Assembly: GCA_951406725.2 (NCBI GenBank)
Contig: OX597814.1
Location: 94,612,001-94,676,000 of the forward strand
Source: Octopus vulgaris
Lineage: Eukaryota
Direction of reading: 5' to 3'
Length of the DNA: 64,000 bases
Notes under the pieces: generated by a model
What the model saw: the letters and a program-made list of their open reading frames with translations, nothing else
Told to the model about the DNA's origin: nothing
Databases searched by the model: none
Translations under genes and position numbers: made by a program
Part shown: positions 11,340 through 24,440 of the stretch, in pieces
How positions within the stretch are numbered: the stretch's first letter is position 1
How the letters are laid out: each line of letters starts with the position of its first letter

Positions 11340-13690
11340 TAGCCCTGGGTCTAACAAGTCAGAAAATTGATGTTGCCAGCGAACAAAATCTGGGATAGAA
11401 GATACCCACCAATGGACTTTTTGACCAAGCCCATTTTCACAACTGGAAGCAGAAAATTAGGGCTATGTAAAATTCAAACAGCTGTAACTTTGCAACTCTT
11501 CGCTAAAATATTTCAAATGACCACCTGCAATGATTGCCTGATCAAGATCTACAAATTCATGCAAACGATAAGGAAATTTATTCTGTAAAAAGGTGACCAG
11601 GGGTCAAAAGGTCACGAAATTTGACCTTCATCTATAATATCTTGCATTCATAGGTTTTATTCATCACCAAGACCCTATAACGTTTTTCTTTATTGAAAAT
11701 TATTCAAAAGGAAGGCTTACATGTGCTTTTTACTACCAGAAGTAAAAGAAAATTGAAAAAAGTACTGTTTACTCAGTGGAATGTGAGATATTTCTGCTCC
11801 TTTACATACTGTTTTGTACGTATTGGTGAATGTGTCGAAGTAAGGCAAAATCTAACAAGTGGCACTTTGGAATCTTTCCTTGAATCATTGCAAATGACAA
11901 CAAAAGATGATAATTGAGTTGATCTATAAAATGAGAATCAAATTATGCAAAGGGATTGTTGAAGTCAAAAGTAAACAAAAGTTGACCCTACCTACACCAT
12001 AGCAGTTTGTTGTGCATGGTCGTTATGACATCAAAGATGGACAAAGTCATATAAAGAACGAGCTAAATTCCTTCAGGCTACATTTTTTCAAGCGGGAATG
12101 TCTGATGAATAAGACAAAGGCGTGCAACATCGGGATGTTCGCCCTTGTGAAATTACTACCAGCGAGAAACTTGTCTCATGGACCATTGCAGATGTCAGAT
12201 GCTTCAACAACCCTTTCAGCATCTCAGGTGATGGAAAGTTGTACAATCTATCATCTGGCGCTCTGGCTTCAGAAGAAGTTGTGAAGGACGTCCTCACTGC
12301 TGAGATTGTTGGTAGGCTAGCAAAGGAAGAATTCATAGAAAACAGACTAATGAAGAAGGATGGCTTCTTTGATCCGATTAAACGCCCAAATTTAAAAACC
12401 GTAGCACACATGAACCAGTCCGGGAAATTCTCAACGTTTCTAAACAATGATAGTCGAGTACAAGCAGCAGGGAAACAGCGTTTCACTTACTAGTGAAGTC
12501 TCACGCACAGATTGATCGCAGACTTGCCCATGACAAACTGTTGACATACCCATTGACGCCTGTTCCATACAGCATTGGATTGGTAGATGGATTTCTTGCA
12601 AAAACAGACAAATCGAAAGGCTTCAAACATGTTCTGAAACACTGTGATGATGCACAGTTACCTGATCCAAGACAGAGCTTCATCATAGAGGATGGAAGTG
12701 CAGTGTTTCTTTGCTTGCTTGAGATTCCACAAATATTCGGAGAAATATCTCGTAAGGTGCTGGAATCTGCTCTTCAACTGTCGCCTATCATATTTAGCAC
12801 TGACATGTACAATTACAAGGAAGACTCTGTAAAAGGGGTGGAACGAAACAGATGAGGTGTTGGAGACAAACTCATCCTGAGTGATGAGAAAACAAATCGT
12901 CCGAAAGACTGGAAATATTTTCTTGCAAATGAAAACAAGACACAGTTCATTCAGCATCTGTTCTCAACTTGGAGGAGTGAGGTGTCTTCCGACATTCTCA
13001 CTGCACATGAGATGGTAATGATATGTGAAGGAAAAGCTTACAGTTGACATCGGATAGACATAACATTTTCTCTCTCTAATCTTCACAGGAAGAAACTGAC
13101 ACTCTTATAATCCTGTATTGCATGTTTGCCGAATAACGATGATGCAAATCCAATCGTGTGAAGAATCCTGATTCAGACATTTTTGAACTAGATTACTGGA
13201 AATACCTCAAATTCTGTTTGAAACTGGAAAGGGTAACATACGACGCTGTATCGATGTGACCAAGCTGGCTATATCTTTCACACGTGTTCTCTATTCTGTA
13301 TTGCTGGGTTATCATACCTTCATCGGGTGCGATAGTACCAGTGCCTTCAAAAGGAAGGGGAAATTGAAGGGACTGAAAGACGTTGAAACCGATGAATCAT
13401 TCCAGAGAGCGTTCTCCAAATTAGGGGTGCCTTGGGAAGTCGACGAGGAGGTGATGAATGAACTGGAGTGGTTCACATGTGTGCTGTATGGTAAGAAAAG
13501 GACAAAAATGGTGAATACATTGCGGTCCATAACCTTGCAAGCAAAGTGCGATGGGAAGGAAAATTTCACAAAATCTAAGCAATTCGATCTTGCTTCACTG
13601 CCCCCATGTAGAAACGTTCTCGAGCAACATGTTCGGCGAAGCAACTTCCAGACCAGGACATGCAAGATCGCGAAAATTGCAAAGCCAGCG
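11340..13690 (+). mobile_element. Decayed, internally deleted AcademX-like DNA transposon (XPG/FEN1-like nuclease region)
   Basis: Interrupted reading frame from about 12030 to 13690 with NPF...LYNLSSG...FFDPIKR, LLTYPLTPVP, PKDWKYFLANENK, QEETDTLIILY, PDSDIF, GCDSTSAFKRKGK (H3TH motif) and LPPC...LEQHVRRSNFQ; candidate TAG terminus at 11340; 3' end cut by a SINE; the Academ assignment rests on the known XPG domain of AcademX. Confidence 0.7.
12030..13690 (+). pseudogene. Transposon-encoded XPG/FEN1-family nuclease pseudogene
   Basis: ORFs 12122-12493, 12493-12855 and 13256-13720 plus readable intervening frames, joined across several stop codons and frameshifts. Confidence 0.8.
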
Positions 13691-15082
13691 TCTCCACGTT
13701 CGTCCGTCTTCACGTTCTGAGTTCAAATACCGCCGACGTCGACTTTGTCTTTCATCCATTCGGGGTCGATAAATTAAATACCAGTGTAACCCTGAGGTTG
13801 ATGTAATCAACTAGTGCCCTCCCGCTAAATTTCAGGCCTTGTAGCTATAGTAGAAAGAATTATTCTGCTTAGCTATAAAAACAGCAATAATCAATTGTTA
13901 GAACTCAATATAATTATAATTAACAATAAGGGGGGCGAGCAGACAGGTCCGAGTTCAATTTCAGGATCGATAAAATGAGAACCTGTTGAGCACGATGTAT
14001 TCGATTTACTCCCACTCCCGAAATTGCTGGCCTTGAGCCAAAATTTGAAAGCAATATGCTTATAATTCACAGTATTACTAAGATCTGACAGCCAGGAGGT
14101 TATAAAATGTCACTCCCTCACTCAACTCTGGGCTCGCAGTTTCTCAATTGCATTAAGCTTCGGTAAACTAATTAACATGATTACATAATTCCTGTTCCTA
14201 AATTAAATGATTACATAACTCCTGTTCCTATGTAATTTATTTATTATTTAATATAATTATATATATGTATGTGCGTGTGTATGAGATCGTATATGTGTGT
14301 GTGTCGGCGTGCCTGAGTGTGTGTATGTGTGTGTGCGTGTGTGGATGTGCGTGTGCATGTGAGTGTGCGTGTGCGTGTGTGTGTGTGTGGTGTGTGTGTG
14401 TGTGTGTGTGTGTGTGTGGTTCTCTATGACTGCATTTATGCACTTTCATGCGTATAGTTTTGTATCTATAAATATGTATTTTTATCCGTTCTGCTTGTTC
14501 GAAAAATATAAATGCCTTCCCTTTTTTTTTTTAATTAGTAATTACATATAGAGCTGCGTACATGAAATGAAATCATATCAGCAAAATTGTAAATGATCTT
14601 TATATGTTTGACCACAGCACCTCAAAACATCCCATTTTATTTATATTTGACTTTTAGATACAGCTATGTTACACACATAGGTCACAAAAAGCGTTGTTAG
14701 ATACACAGATATAAGTGTATGGATTAGAGATATTGCCACTTGGGAAACGACATATTTTACTGATAATTAGACGAGGCATCACAGAGAATATATTGACTAA
14801 CTGCAAGTTATGAATCAGCATAGAAAAGAAGAGCAAAAAAAAATAGTCGTCTTTCCCAATATTTAATAGAAAATACTTATTGGTGTCAAGAAAGACCTAT
14901 AATGAAAGAGACTGCCTGATCAATAATTCAATATCTACATAGATAATTACATGATTTGATAAATATAAAGACACATAGTGTACGTATGGATGCATATAAA
15001 TGAATATGTATGTATTTATGTACATACACCTATATATACATATATATATAACTATGTATATATACATACGCACACACACACA

Positions 15083-15129
<47 letters not shown>

Positions 15130-15196
15130 GCATATAAACAGACATACAGATATATATATATTTATATACATGCAGACAGACAGACAGACAGGTAAC

Positions 15197-15197
<1 letters not shown>

Positions 15198-15243
<46 letters not shown>

Positions 15244-15256
15244 GTAGGTAGGTAGT

Positions 15257-15341
<85 letters not shown>
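15198..15341 (+). repeat. (GATA)n microsatellite
   Basis: Read directly; similar arrays at 1818-1905, 19633-19720, 22921-23013, 29016-29230, 30921-31003, 31162-31281, 31993-32062, 43057-43157. Confidence 0.95.
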
Positions 15342-16380
15342 TAGTAAAGAGGACTGATGCCTTACTCCATGAACAGGTTGCTGTCAATGGCCGGGTGGTC
15401 TGTATGTATGTTTTATCTTGTGACATGAGATATGAGAAGCAGATTTGTAGAAAAAAGAAAGCTGATTATAAACTTATCATTATTCAAACGGTTTTACATT
15501 AGTGTATGAGTGGAAGATGCTGGCTTTCTAGAAAGAAAGTCCTTGATCGACTAGTTTGCCTGGATTTTTTTCTGTGTACTACTTACCTGCTAAATCCACT
15601 TGTTACTAAAGCATCTGATGAATATGTATCTGCCTGAGTATAGACTTACAACTGTCCTACTTAAGTCTTCTGCACAATTCTCAGTAACAGCTCTAGGGTG
15701 GTTGGAATCTCTGTGTATGAATAGCGTTTCCTCGTTTGTTTGTTGTTTTTTTTTTGTCCTTTTATTTTTTATGTCGGGGAATAGTATTTGTCTATAGGGA
15801 ATAGTAGTTTAATGTCTTAAAATTAAGCTAATTTTAGGTTGGTGCCAGTGGTGATGATTAAGTAGATATGATTGAAAATTCGATCACGTCTTATCAAAAT
15901 TCATTTATTTAGTGACTGTTCATATTGTGTATTACTAAACAGTATGTGCTGAGTCTCATGAGGTCAAATACATCAGCACTGAGATTACTACACTTAAAGC
16001 TGTCGAACAGAAACCCATCCACCTTTTTTATTTTGTGAATCGTCCTCTGTCTATGTATATGTGTGCGTGTGTGTGTGTGTGTGCGTATGTGTGTATGCGT
16101 GCGTGTCCGCATGTGTATAAATTTCAACTAGGGAATGCAGCAAGCGGGGAACTGAGGAGAGTAAAAAAGAGACACAGGAGATTTGTATAAATCAAAACTT
16201 GTAATCTACAAGTTGTACAGAATGCACTTTCACGCGCACAAAACTAATAACACAGATAGAGAAAGAGAGAGAGAGAGGGGAGAGAGAAAGAGAAAGGAAG
16301 CATTCACAGTGCAAACATACATACTTATCGGGTACACAAATACAAACACACACACGGACACACACACACATATATATATA

Positions 16381-16527
16381 TACAAAGTTTAGAGGATTGA
16401 CCACTAAAGTGGACAGCCTATATGCAAAACATAGACGTCTATTTAGTCCTTACTACTACTACTACTACGTCTATGTTTAGCATATAGTCTGTCCACTTTA
16501 GGGGCCAGTTCTCTAAATTTTTATGTA
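16381..16527. repeat. Fold-back with about 58-bp imperfect arms around a (CTA)n spacer
   Basis: 16381-16438 is an inverted copy of 16467-16527 (CTAAAGTGGACAGCCTATATGC / GCATATAGTCTGTCCACTTTAG). Confidence 0.85.
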
Positions 16528-17622
16528 ACACAGATTTTATCTTCAGATTTTTTTAAATATGCGAAGCCACTTGTTTTAATTGATTAATATCAATTTCTAC
16601 CCTTATTAAATCCTTAAAAATGTTTTAGTCTGAATTTATATATATATACAAACATATATCTACATATATATATATGTATACATGCATATATTTACACATG
16701 TATATATATGCTTATATATACACCTATGTGTGGGGGTGGGGGCGGGTGTGTGCATGCTTGCGTGTGTGTGTGTGTGTGTGTGCCAGATGTATGTCAGAAA
16801 TCAACATTTCTCGGTGGTACATTCAAAAATTTAGTAAGCTGTAAAGGATGCCTGGTTAAGTCGTACTCAAATCTCCTTAGAAGTACCAGCTCGAATTATA
16901 GATAAAACGTTCATTGTGTATTGGAGCATATATAGCGAGGACAATTTTTCATGCATACTTTACGAACACTAGATAAACACTATGGTTTATTTAATAGACT
17001 TGATCTGGTTAAATTAGTTTCGCATTCATATGATACACTGCTAAGATACGTAATTACACAAGAGTAACTATTACGCTATTAAAAGTAAGTTTAAATAAGT
17101 TCATCTTAACTAAGGTACGCAAACATCCTCTGCGTTAGATGAATTGCATATATTTATTTATGCACATATATATCGGTTTTGTTTTTAAAACAGAAATGAT
17201 TAGCTACATCAATGGAGTTCAATATCTATCTATATCATAAGACGTTTCTATTATTTATAATTACATAGAGAAAAGCGTATCTGATGGCTCTACATCCTTG
17301 CTTGAGAAAATGCTAATAACAGCATATAGACACAGACGTGGCTGTGTGCTGAGAGGATTGCTTCTCAATCACATGGTTCTAGGTTCGGTCCCATTGAGCG
17401 GCATCTTCGGCAGCACTCTTCTAATATAGCCGTAGGCCGACCAAAAACTTGTGAGAGGATTTGGTGAACAGAAACTGGAAGTAGCCCGTCGTGTGTGTGC
17501 ATGTGTGTGTGTGTCTGTCTGATTGTCTGTGTGTCTGTGTGTCTGCCTGTGTGTGACTGTGCGTTTCTGTTTGTGTGTTTCTGTTTGTGTGTCTGTGTAT
17601 GTCTGTGTGTGTGTGCGTGATT

Positions 17623-17655
<33 letters not shown>

Positions 17656-18693
17656 CTACTAGTAGTAGTAGTAGTACTACTAGTAGTAGTAGTAGCAGCA
17701 GCAGTAAGGAATAAAGGAAAGTGAATGTAAGATTTGTATGCTCTAATATGGTTAAAGTCCTCAATGGTATATTTATTATGTGTGCATATGTGGGTGAGAG
17801 AGATAGTGGACGTTTTATGTACGTATGAGAATCTGCATGTGTTTGAAATATTTATCGTCTGCTTACACTACTCACCTAAAAACAGACATTCTCTCTAAAT
17901 TCATATATAATTCAGAAAACATAACTTAAATATGTGTGTATATTTGCATGCACATGTGAATAATTCTTACATATTTCTACGTAGTAGATGCATAGCCATA
18001 ATTTCTATGGCTGCATGTAGACATTTAAACATAATTCGAAAGATCAGTATGTGAGTTTGAAATTGTAATTTTTGTGATTCATCCACTGCACATGCAAATG
18101 TGATTGGTTTCTTAAAAGCATTAGCAGCTAATGTGATTGTTTATTAACATTATTAGTTGCTAACAGAATTGACAGCAAAAGCAAATCGCTCTTAAGGTAA
18201 TTAGAAAACAATCTTTGAAACACTATCGTCATAGTATTTCCGCCTACAGCCATCGCTTCATAATTATTTCATATCTTCAGTGATTGCATTTTTGACGGTG
18301 ACCTATTTCTACAATATAACAAGGTCTGCGTTTCTGCAGGCGTATCAATTAATATTACATATATTCATTTGAATATAGTATCACATATACGTATGTATCT
18401 AAAGATTTATATATATATTTATGTGTAAGTATGTATACACGCACCACACACACACACCACACACACACACATGTATACAAATATTATATACATATACATA
18501 TACATATACATATATATATATACATACATATACGATGTAGAAACTTCCTTCTGTCATAATTTCGAATTAATAACAAGTGTATGATATATACATTCATAGG
18601 TACATACGTAAATAAATACGTGTAGAAAAACACACACACATACACACACGCACACACGTATGTATATATCTATGCAAACATATATACATATAT

Positions 18694-18746
<53 letters not shown>

Positions 18747-18819
18747 TAAATAAAACATATGCATATATATATATATACATATATGTACGTACCTACCTCT
18801 ACATGTATATATACACGCA

Positions 18820-19320
18820 TATATGAGTACAGGACACCAAATAAACCTCGAACACAATGAGAAACGAAAACATAGACACAAACCCAAGGAACTGGACATT
18901 TCTCTTAAACAACAAAAAAATAGAGTACAGGACAAATAACACAAGGAACAAACCCCTTCTTCAGTTGCCATGGTTTCATCTACTCTACGTTTCGAAGGTG
19001 AAGGCGAGACGTATCTTCGATAAGAAACTTTCCTTCCTGCGAAAAGCAAATCAAATAAAATTTGAGATCTTTTTGCAGAGGGGTAAAAATGGTAACAAAA
19101 ACAGGACAGTAACGACAGTACAAAATATAAGCAGTAAAAGACAGGACAAGGAAAATAACAAGACAAGAAGGGCTGTAAACGCCGAACGAAAAAAAGTATT
19201 ACGAACGCTAATTTCTGTGAACGGCGAACGGAGCAAAGAAAATTGCCGTCCACACCTCAAGAAGATCAGGCTAGAAAGACAGTAGCGGAGCTCTCGTCGC
19301 GGGTCAACGACGGGAGGGAG
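18820..19320 (-). mobile_element. Non-coding interspersed element, possibly Penelope-derived, between about 50-bp direct repeats
   Basis: Complex sequence set in microsatellite; minus strand carries CCTTCGAAACGTA and CTGAAGAAGGGG motifs; 18742-18795 is duplicated at 19570-19619. Confidence 0.35.
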
Positions 19321-19632
19321 GAGGAGAAGCAAGAGAAATGGAAAGAAGAAAGGGGAATGGTTGTGAGGAAACCATGAAGAATGAGAGAGAGGGAGAGAGA
19401 GAGAGAGTGTAGAATGAGATTGAGGGAGAGACAGTTAAGTAGAAGAAAAGGAAATCAAAGAATGGAGGCTGAGAAAGGGATGGGACAGAAAGGTTAAGAG
19501 TGCGCATCAAAATTAATATCAAGAACAATCTTACTTAGAAAGGGATGCGTGCGTTCCGTCATATAATATATTAATAAATAAAACATATGCATATATATAT
19601 ACATATATGTACGTACCTATATATACATATAC

Positions 19633-19706
<74 letters not shown>

Positions 19707-20214
19707 TGATAGATAGATATAAAAACATATATACATATATAAATATAAACATTTATACATATATATATACACACACACACTCACAGAAAGATACTTATAT
19801 ATGTGCATATGTGCGTGTGTTTACAGTTGGAAACACACACACACATGTGTGTGTGTTAAATAAAGTACCAGTTATGCACTGGGGTCGATATAATCGACTT
19901 AATCCGTTTGTCTGTCCTTGTTTGTCCTCTCTATGTTTAGCCCGTTGTGGGTAGTAAAGAAATAGATATATATAGAAAAGAAAACAACATCGGTGTTACG
20001 TTCATATGGTTATTCATTACATTCTTACGTGTGTTTCGGTGATGAATAAATCACATATGCAAAGATATAGCTTACCATCAGGTTACCATCAAAATTTCAG
20101 AGATGCTGTAATTAAATGGCAGCCTTGAGACTTCATATAGCAGTTCGACAGTTATATTTTATTCGGAGAATTAGGATTCTGTCATGGCTAACGTCATAAA
20201 ATACATTTAAATAG

Positions 20215-20525
20215 GTGTGTGTATGTATGTATGTATCTATGTATGTATGCATGTATGTATGTATGTATGTATTAAGTATGTATTATGTATGTATGTATTA
20301 TGTATGTATGTATTATGTATGTATTATGTATATATGTATATATGTATGTATTATGTATGTATGTATGTATGCACGTATGTAGGTATGCATGTATGTATGA
20401 ATGTATGTATGTATGTATGCATGTATGTATGTATATATGTATGTATGTATGTATGTATGCATGCATGCATGCATGTATGTATGTATGTATGTATGTATGT
20501 ATGTATGTATGTATGTGTGTATGTG
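20215..20525. repeat. (TATG)n microsatellite
   Basis: Read directly from the sequence. Confidence 0.95.
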
Positions 20526-20955
20526 CAAAGTTGTGTATATCTACCAGTCGCGGATGTGTGGTGAATTGTTAATTACACGATTTGTTCATGTAGAAAAAAA
20601 TGAAGGCTTACTGTTGAGATTCTGATGTCTTACTTTCTAACTAACCTTGCCATTTGATATCGTAAATCTGCCTGCCTGTTGCCTCAGGGACCACACGAAT
20701 GTCAGTCACTCACCAACTATCGACAGTATTATGAATATATGTATGCGCATATAAATATGTGTGTATCTATGCATGTATGCATAGATGTATATATATACAC
20801 ACACACAAACTGAATATCTAGTGTGCGTGTGTGTGTTTGTGTATATATATACATATGCACATATATATATATATGATATATATATATATATATGTGTGTG
20901 TGTGTATACACATATATATACATACATACATGTGTATATATATATATATATACAT

Positions 20956-20987
<32 letters not shown>

Positions 20988-21044
20988 CTGAACGAGATGT
21001 AAAGAGTAACCGCTCGACAAAGTATAGTATGAGATGGCTATTAT

Positions 21045-21127
<83 letters not shown>

Positions 21128-22920
21128 GTATATATATATATATATATACATATATATACATATATATATATTAATTATGAATCTATGGAAATAGACGGGA
21201 ATATGACTATTCTGTTTCAAAGCTTGTCATCTAATTAACTTAAGAGATATTAGCGCTTCCTCTCTCTCTCCTTTTAGCTGTTGATTTACTGCGTTACATA
21301 GCCGTTGCTTGTGTTATTTTGGGTTTCCCGGTTTGTGTCTACACAAATATATGCTTGAGCGTGTTTTGAATTATCAATCAAAAGTCAGCAAGGGAAATCT
21401 CACATATGTACGTTGCGACCGTGACAGCTGAATCAGCTTGCATGAGTTTTGTGTTCCAATTTTCCTAGGTTTCGTCCTTTTGTGTGCGGCATGTGGTAGA
21501 TTGTGAAGTCAAAAATGTTTGCCAAACATTTTATATGATGAAGATACGATGCAAAATATTCAAGATAAGGAATTCTTCGAACTGATTTCGTAAATCAGAT
21601 TCTTATTTTTTATATTTATTAGAAGAATGTTGTCTTTACGTGGAGTTAAGATATCGCTGAGTTAAATTCAGTAAATATCTTCGATTGTAAATTGCATGTC
21701 TTAGAAGCTATACACTGAATGATCCAACGAGGAAACTTTCGTACAGTCTCTCATCCACCTACAAATTGTTGCTAATTCTCAATCAAACTTTATTTTCCTG
21801 CCTTAAGATTATGCTTCACTATACTGGGCGCCGATCAAATGCAAAAGGGTTCTTCATAGGATACCATACTAGTGATGAGTCTGTATGAGTAAAATAACAA
21901 AATACTCCGAAAAAATAATTACAATTCAACAATACATATAAACATACTATACAAAACTTATCTGCAAAAACAAAATAGCTCATTCAAACCACACTAACGA
22001 TCTGGTAAAAATCACTTCATTGCAATTAAAACATTTTATTATGCATGACATTCATGTGACTGCTTTTACAATAAACGAAATTACGAGCGCACCACAGCAG
22101 CCATCAAATCCCAATTTATATGCTGATCAATTAGAACAAACTAATCCAAGGACGAGACAAAATATTCCATAAAAAATACGAAGAATAGCACAAAATGACG
22201 CACTAGACACAGAGCAATCAAATCGAACAACTTAAGCATACACTTAGGAATTCCAGACTCATTAACAGTCTATACATTTATACTAGTCTGTATATCTTAA
22301 CTATCACAGCTTAACACATTCACAAAGATCATACAGAGAAAGAAGACATTGCAGGCAACACATTATGGTACAAAACAATACAAATAATACAAAGAGTGAC
22401 ACAATGCCATCACAACTAATCTCCATATACATGAATCAACAATGGAACCTCTGCATTGTCACTCGGTCATCTGGAAATAGTAGCTAAATTGCTTAAAGTT
22501 ACATTCTACCAATTGGATACGAGAAAAGCACATTAGAAAATATTAGAGTATAATACATAAAACTACGTGATTGTCAAAGAGGAAATACCTTTGGTCATAG
22601 AGGTGCTTGATTAAGATTGATATGGGGCTAAAGAGTTAAATGAACTCCATTTATATTCTAAATACGCCACACTAATACACTGGCATCCCTTTGCAAGCTA
22701 ACTACAAAAATTCCACAACATGATCTTTTCATCTACATATCTAGCGACTACAACCACATAAACTATCCCACCTATTTCTTCCAACAGCCTATGTATTATC
22801 ATGAAGCACATAACACTGGAGAAAATATAAGATTGTTACAAACTTTAAACTCAAATTCAAGGTTCACAAAAGGCAATAGTGATACAGGATACCATTACAT
22901 TCAATATATATATATATATA

Positions 22921-23015
<95 letters not shown>

Positions 23016-23022
23016 TGTGTGA

Positions 23023-23325
23023 GGAGACGCAATGGCCTAGTAATTACGGCAGCGGACTCGCAGTTGTAGGATCGCGGGTTCGATTCCCAGACCGGGCGTT
23101 GTGAGTGTTTATTGAGCGAAAACACCTAAACCTCCACGAGGCTCCGGCAAGGGGTAGTGACCCATCCCTGTTGTACTCTGTCGCCACAACTTTCTCTCAC
23201 TCTTTCTTCTCTTGGCCAGCTCGCTTAGCCAGCCAGGTGGCGTCATTTGAAGGCTAAAACAATGCGAAGCACATTGTGACCAGCGATGTGTAGCAACATC
23301 TGATAGCCTGGTCGGTCACGGGGAT
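23023..23325 (+). mobile_element. tRNA-derived SINE, family C
   Basis: tRNA-like head (TGGCCTAGTAA...GGTTCGATTCCC); highly similar to 38648-38944 and 63458-63734. Confidence 0.9.
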
Positions 23326-24059
23326 ATATATATGTATAAATATACATATTTCTTTACTACCCATAAGGGGCTAAACACAGAGGGGACAAACAAGGACAGA
23401 CAAACGGGTTAAGTCGATTACATCGACCCCAGTGCGTAACTGGTACTTAATTTATCGACCCCGAAAGGATGATAGGCAAAGTCGACCTCGGCGGAATTTG
23501 AACTCAGAACGTAACGGCAGACGAAATGTATATATATGTGTGTGGGGGGTGTATGTATGTATTCATGTATGCACGTATGTATTTATGCATGTATGTATGT
23601 TTGTATATATGTATATGTCAGGTCACTTGTGAGGTCGCTCATGAGTGCTACTGGTAATATGGAGCCCAGTACAACCTTTTGCATGGTCAGTTTTCGGTGT
23701 CTAAACCGGCAAGCCCACTGAGCATGCCTTTGAGGATGGATCCTACAAACCCGGCAGAACTAAAAACAAGACATTTAAAAGGACAGGTGAAACTAGTCCG
23801 AATTCAAAGAGTATCTAGCAATATCACGGCCTTCTGAAATTCCGAGATGTTGTCCGACATGCTGGACGAACACAAGTAATGAGACAGTCTTTAAATTTTG
23901 TTGAGGCAAGTCTCTAGGAGAAGGTCATTGTGATGTATTCAATTAGATATGCAGGGGACGACATTGAACATTTCGGGGATTTTTTGCTAGTACTTGAGAT
24001 CATGACGCTCCCACATCGTGAACCTGCGTCCCATAGTGGCACAGAATATCCTGCGTGAA

Positions 24060-24440
24060 TGTGTGGTAAAATGTTTGCCTCCCAACCACATAGTTCCGGG
24101 GTCAGTCTTACTGCATCTTGCACAAGTGTTTTCTACTATAATCTCGTGCTGGCTAAAGTCTTGTGAGTGGATATGGTAGACGAAAACCGAATGACGTCCG
24201 CCATATATATATAGAGTGGACTCTTATATATATATATATATATATATATATTGACAGGGTTCTCTATGTTTGTTCTGCACCACCGCTTGTCAACCGGTGT
24301 CAGTGTGTTTACGTCTTCGTACATTAGCGATTCAACAAAAGTGACACCACAGTATGAATACTGGGGTTTATTCGTTCCAATAAAATTTTTCAAGCGGTGC
24401 CCCAGTCCGACCGTAGTCTAATGATTAGAACAAGTAATAT
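24060..24440 (+). mobile_element. SINE family B, diverged copy
   Basis: Colinear with 1999-2420. Confidence 0.75.

Noticed and set aside
13256-13720. Host FEN1/XPG/GEN1 gene
   Set aside because: Intronless, multiply disrupted, and preceded by transposon-type sequence rather than the cellular N-terminal domain
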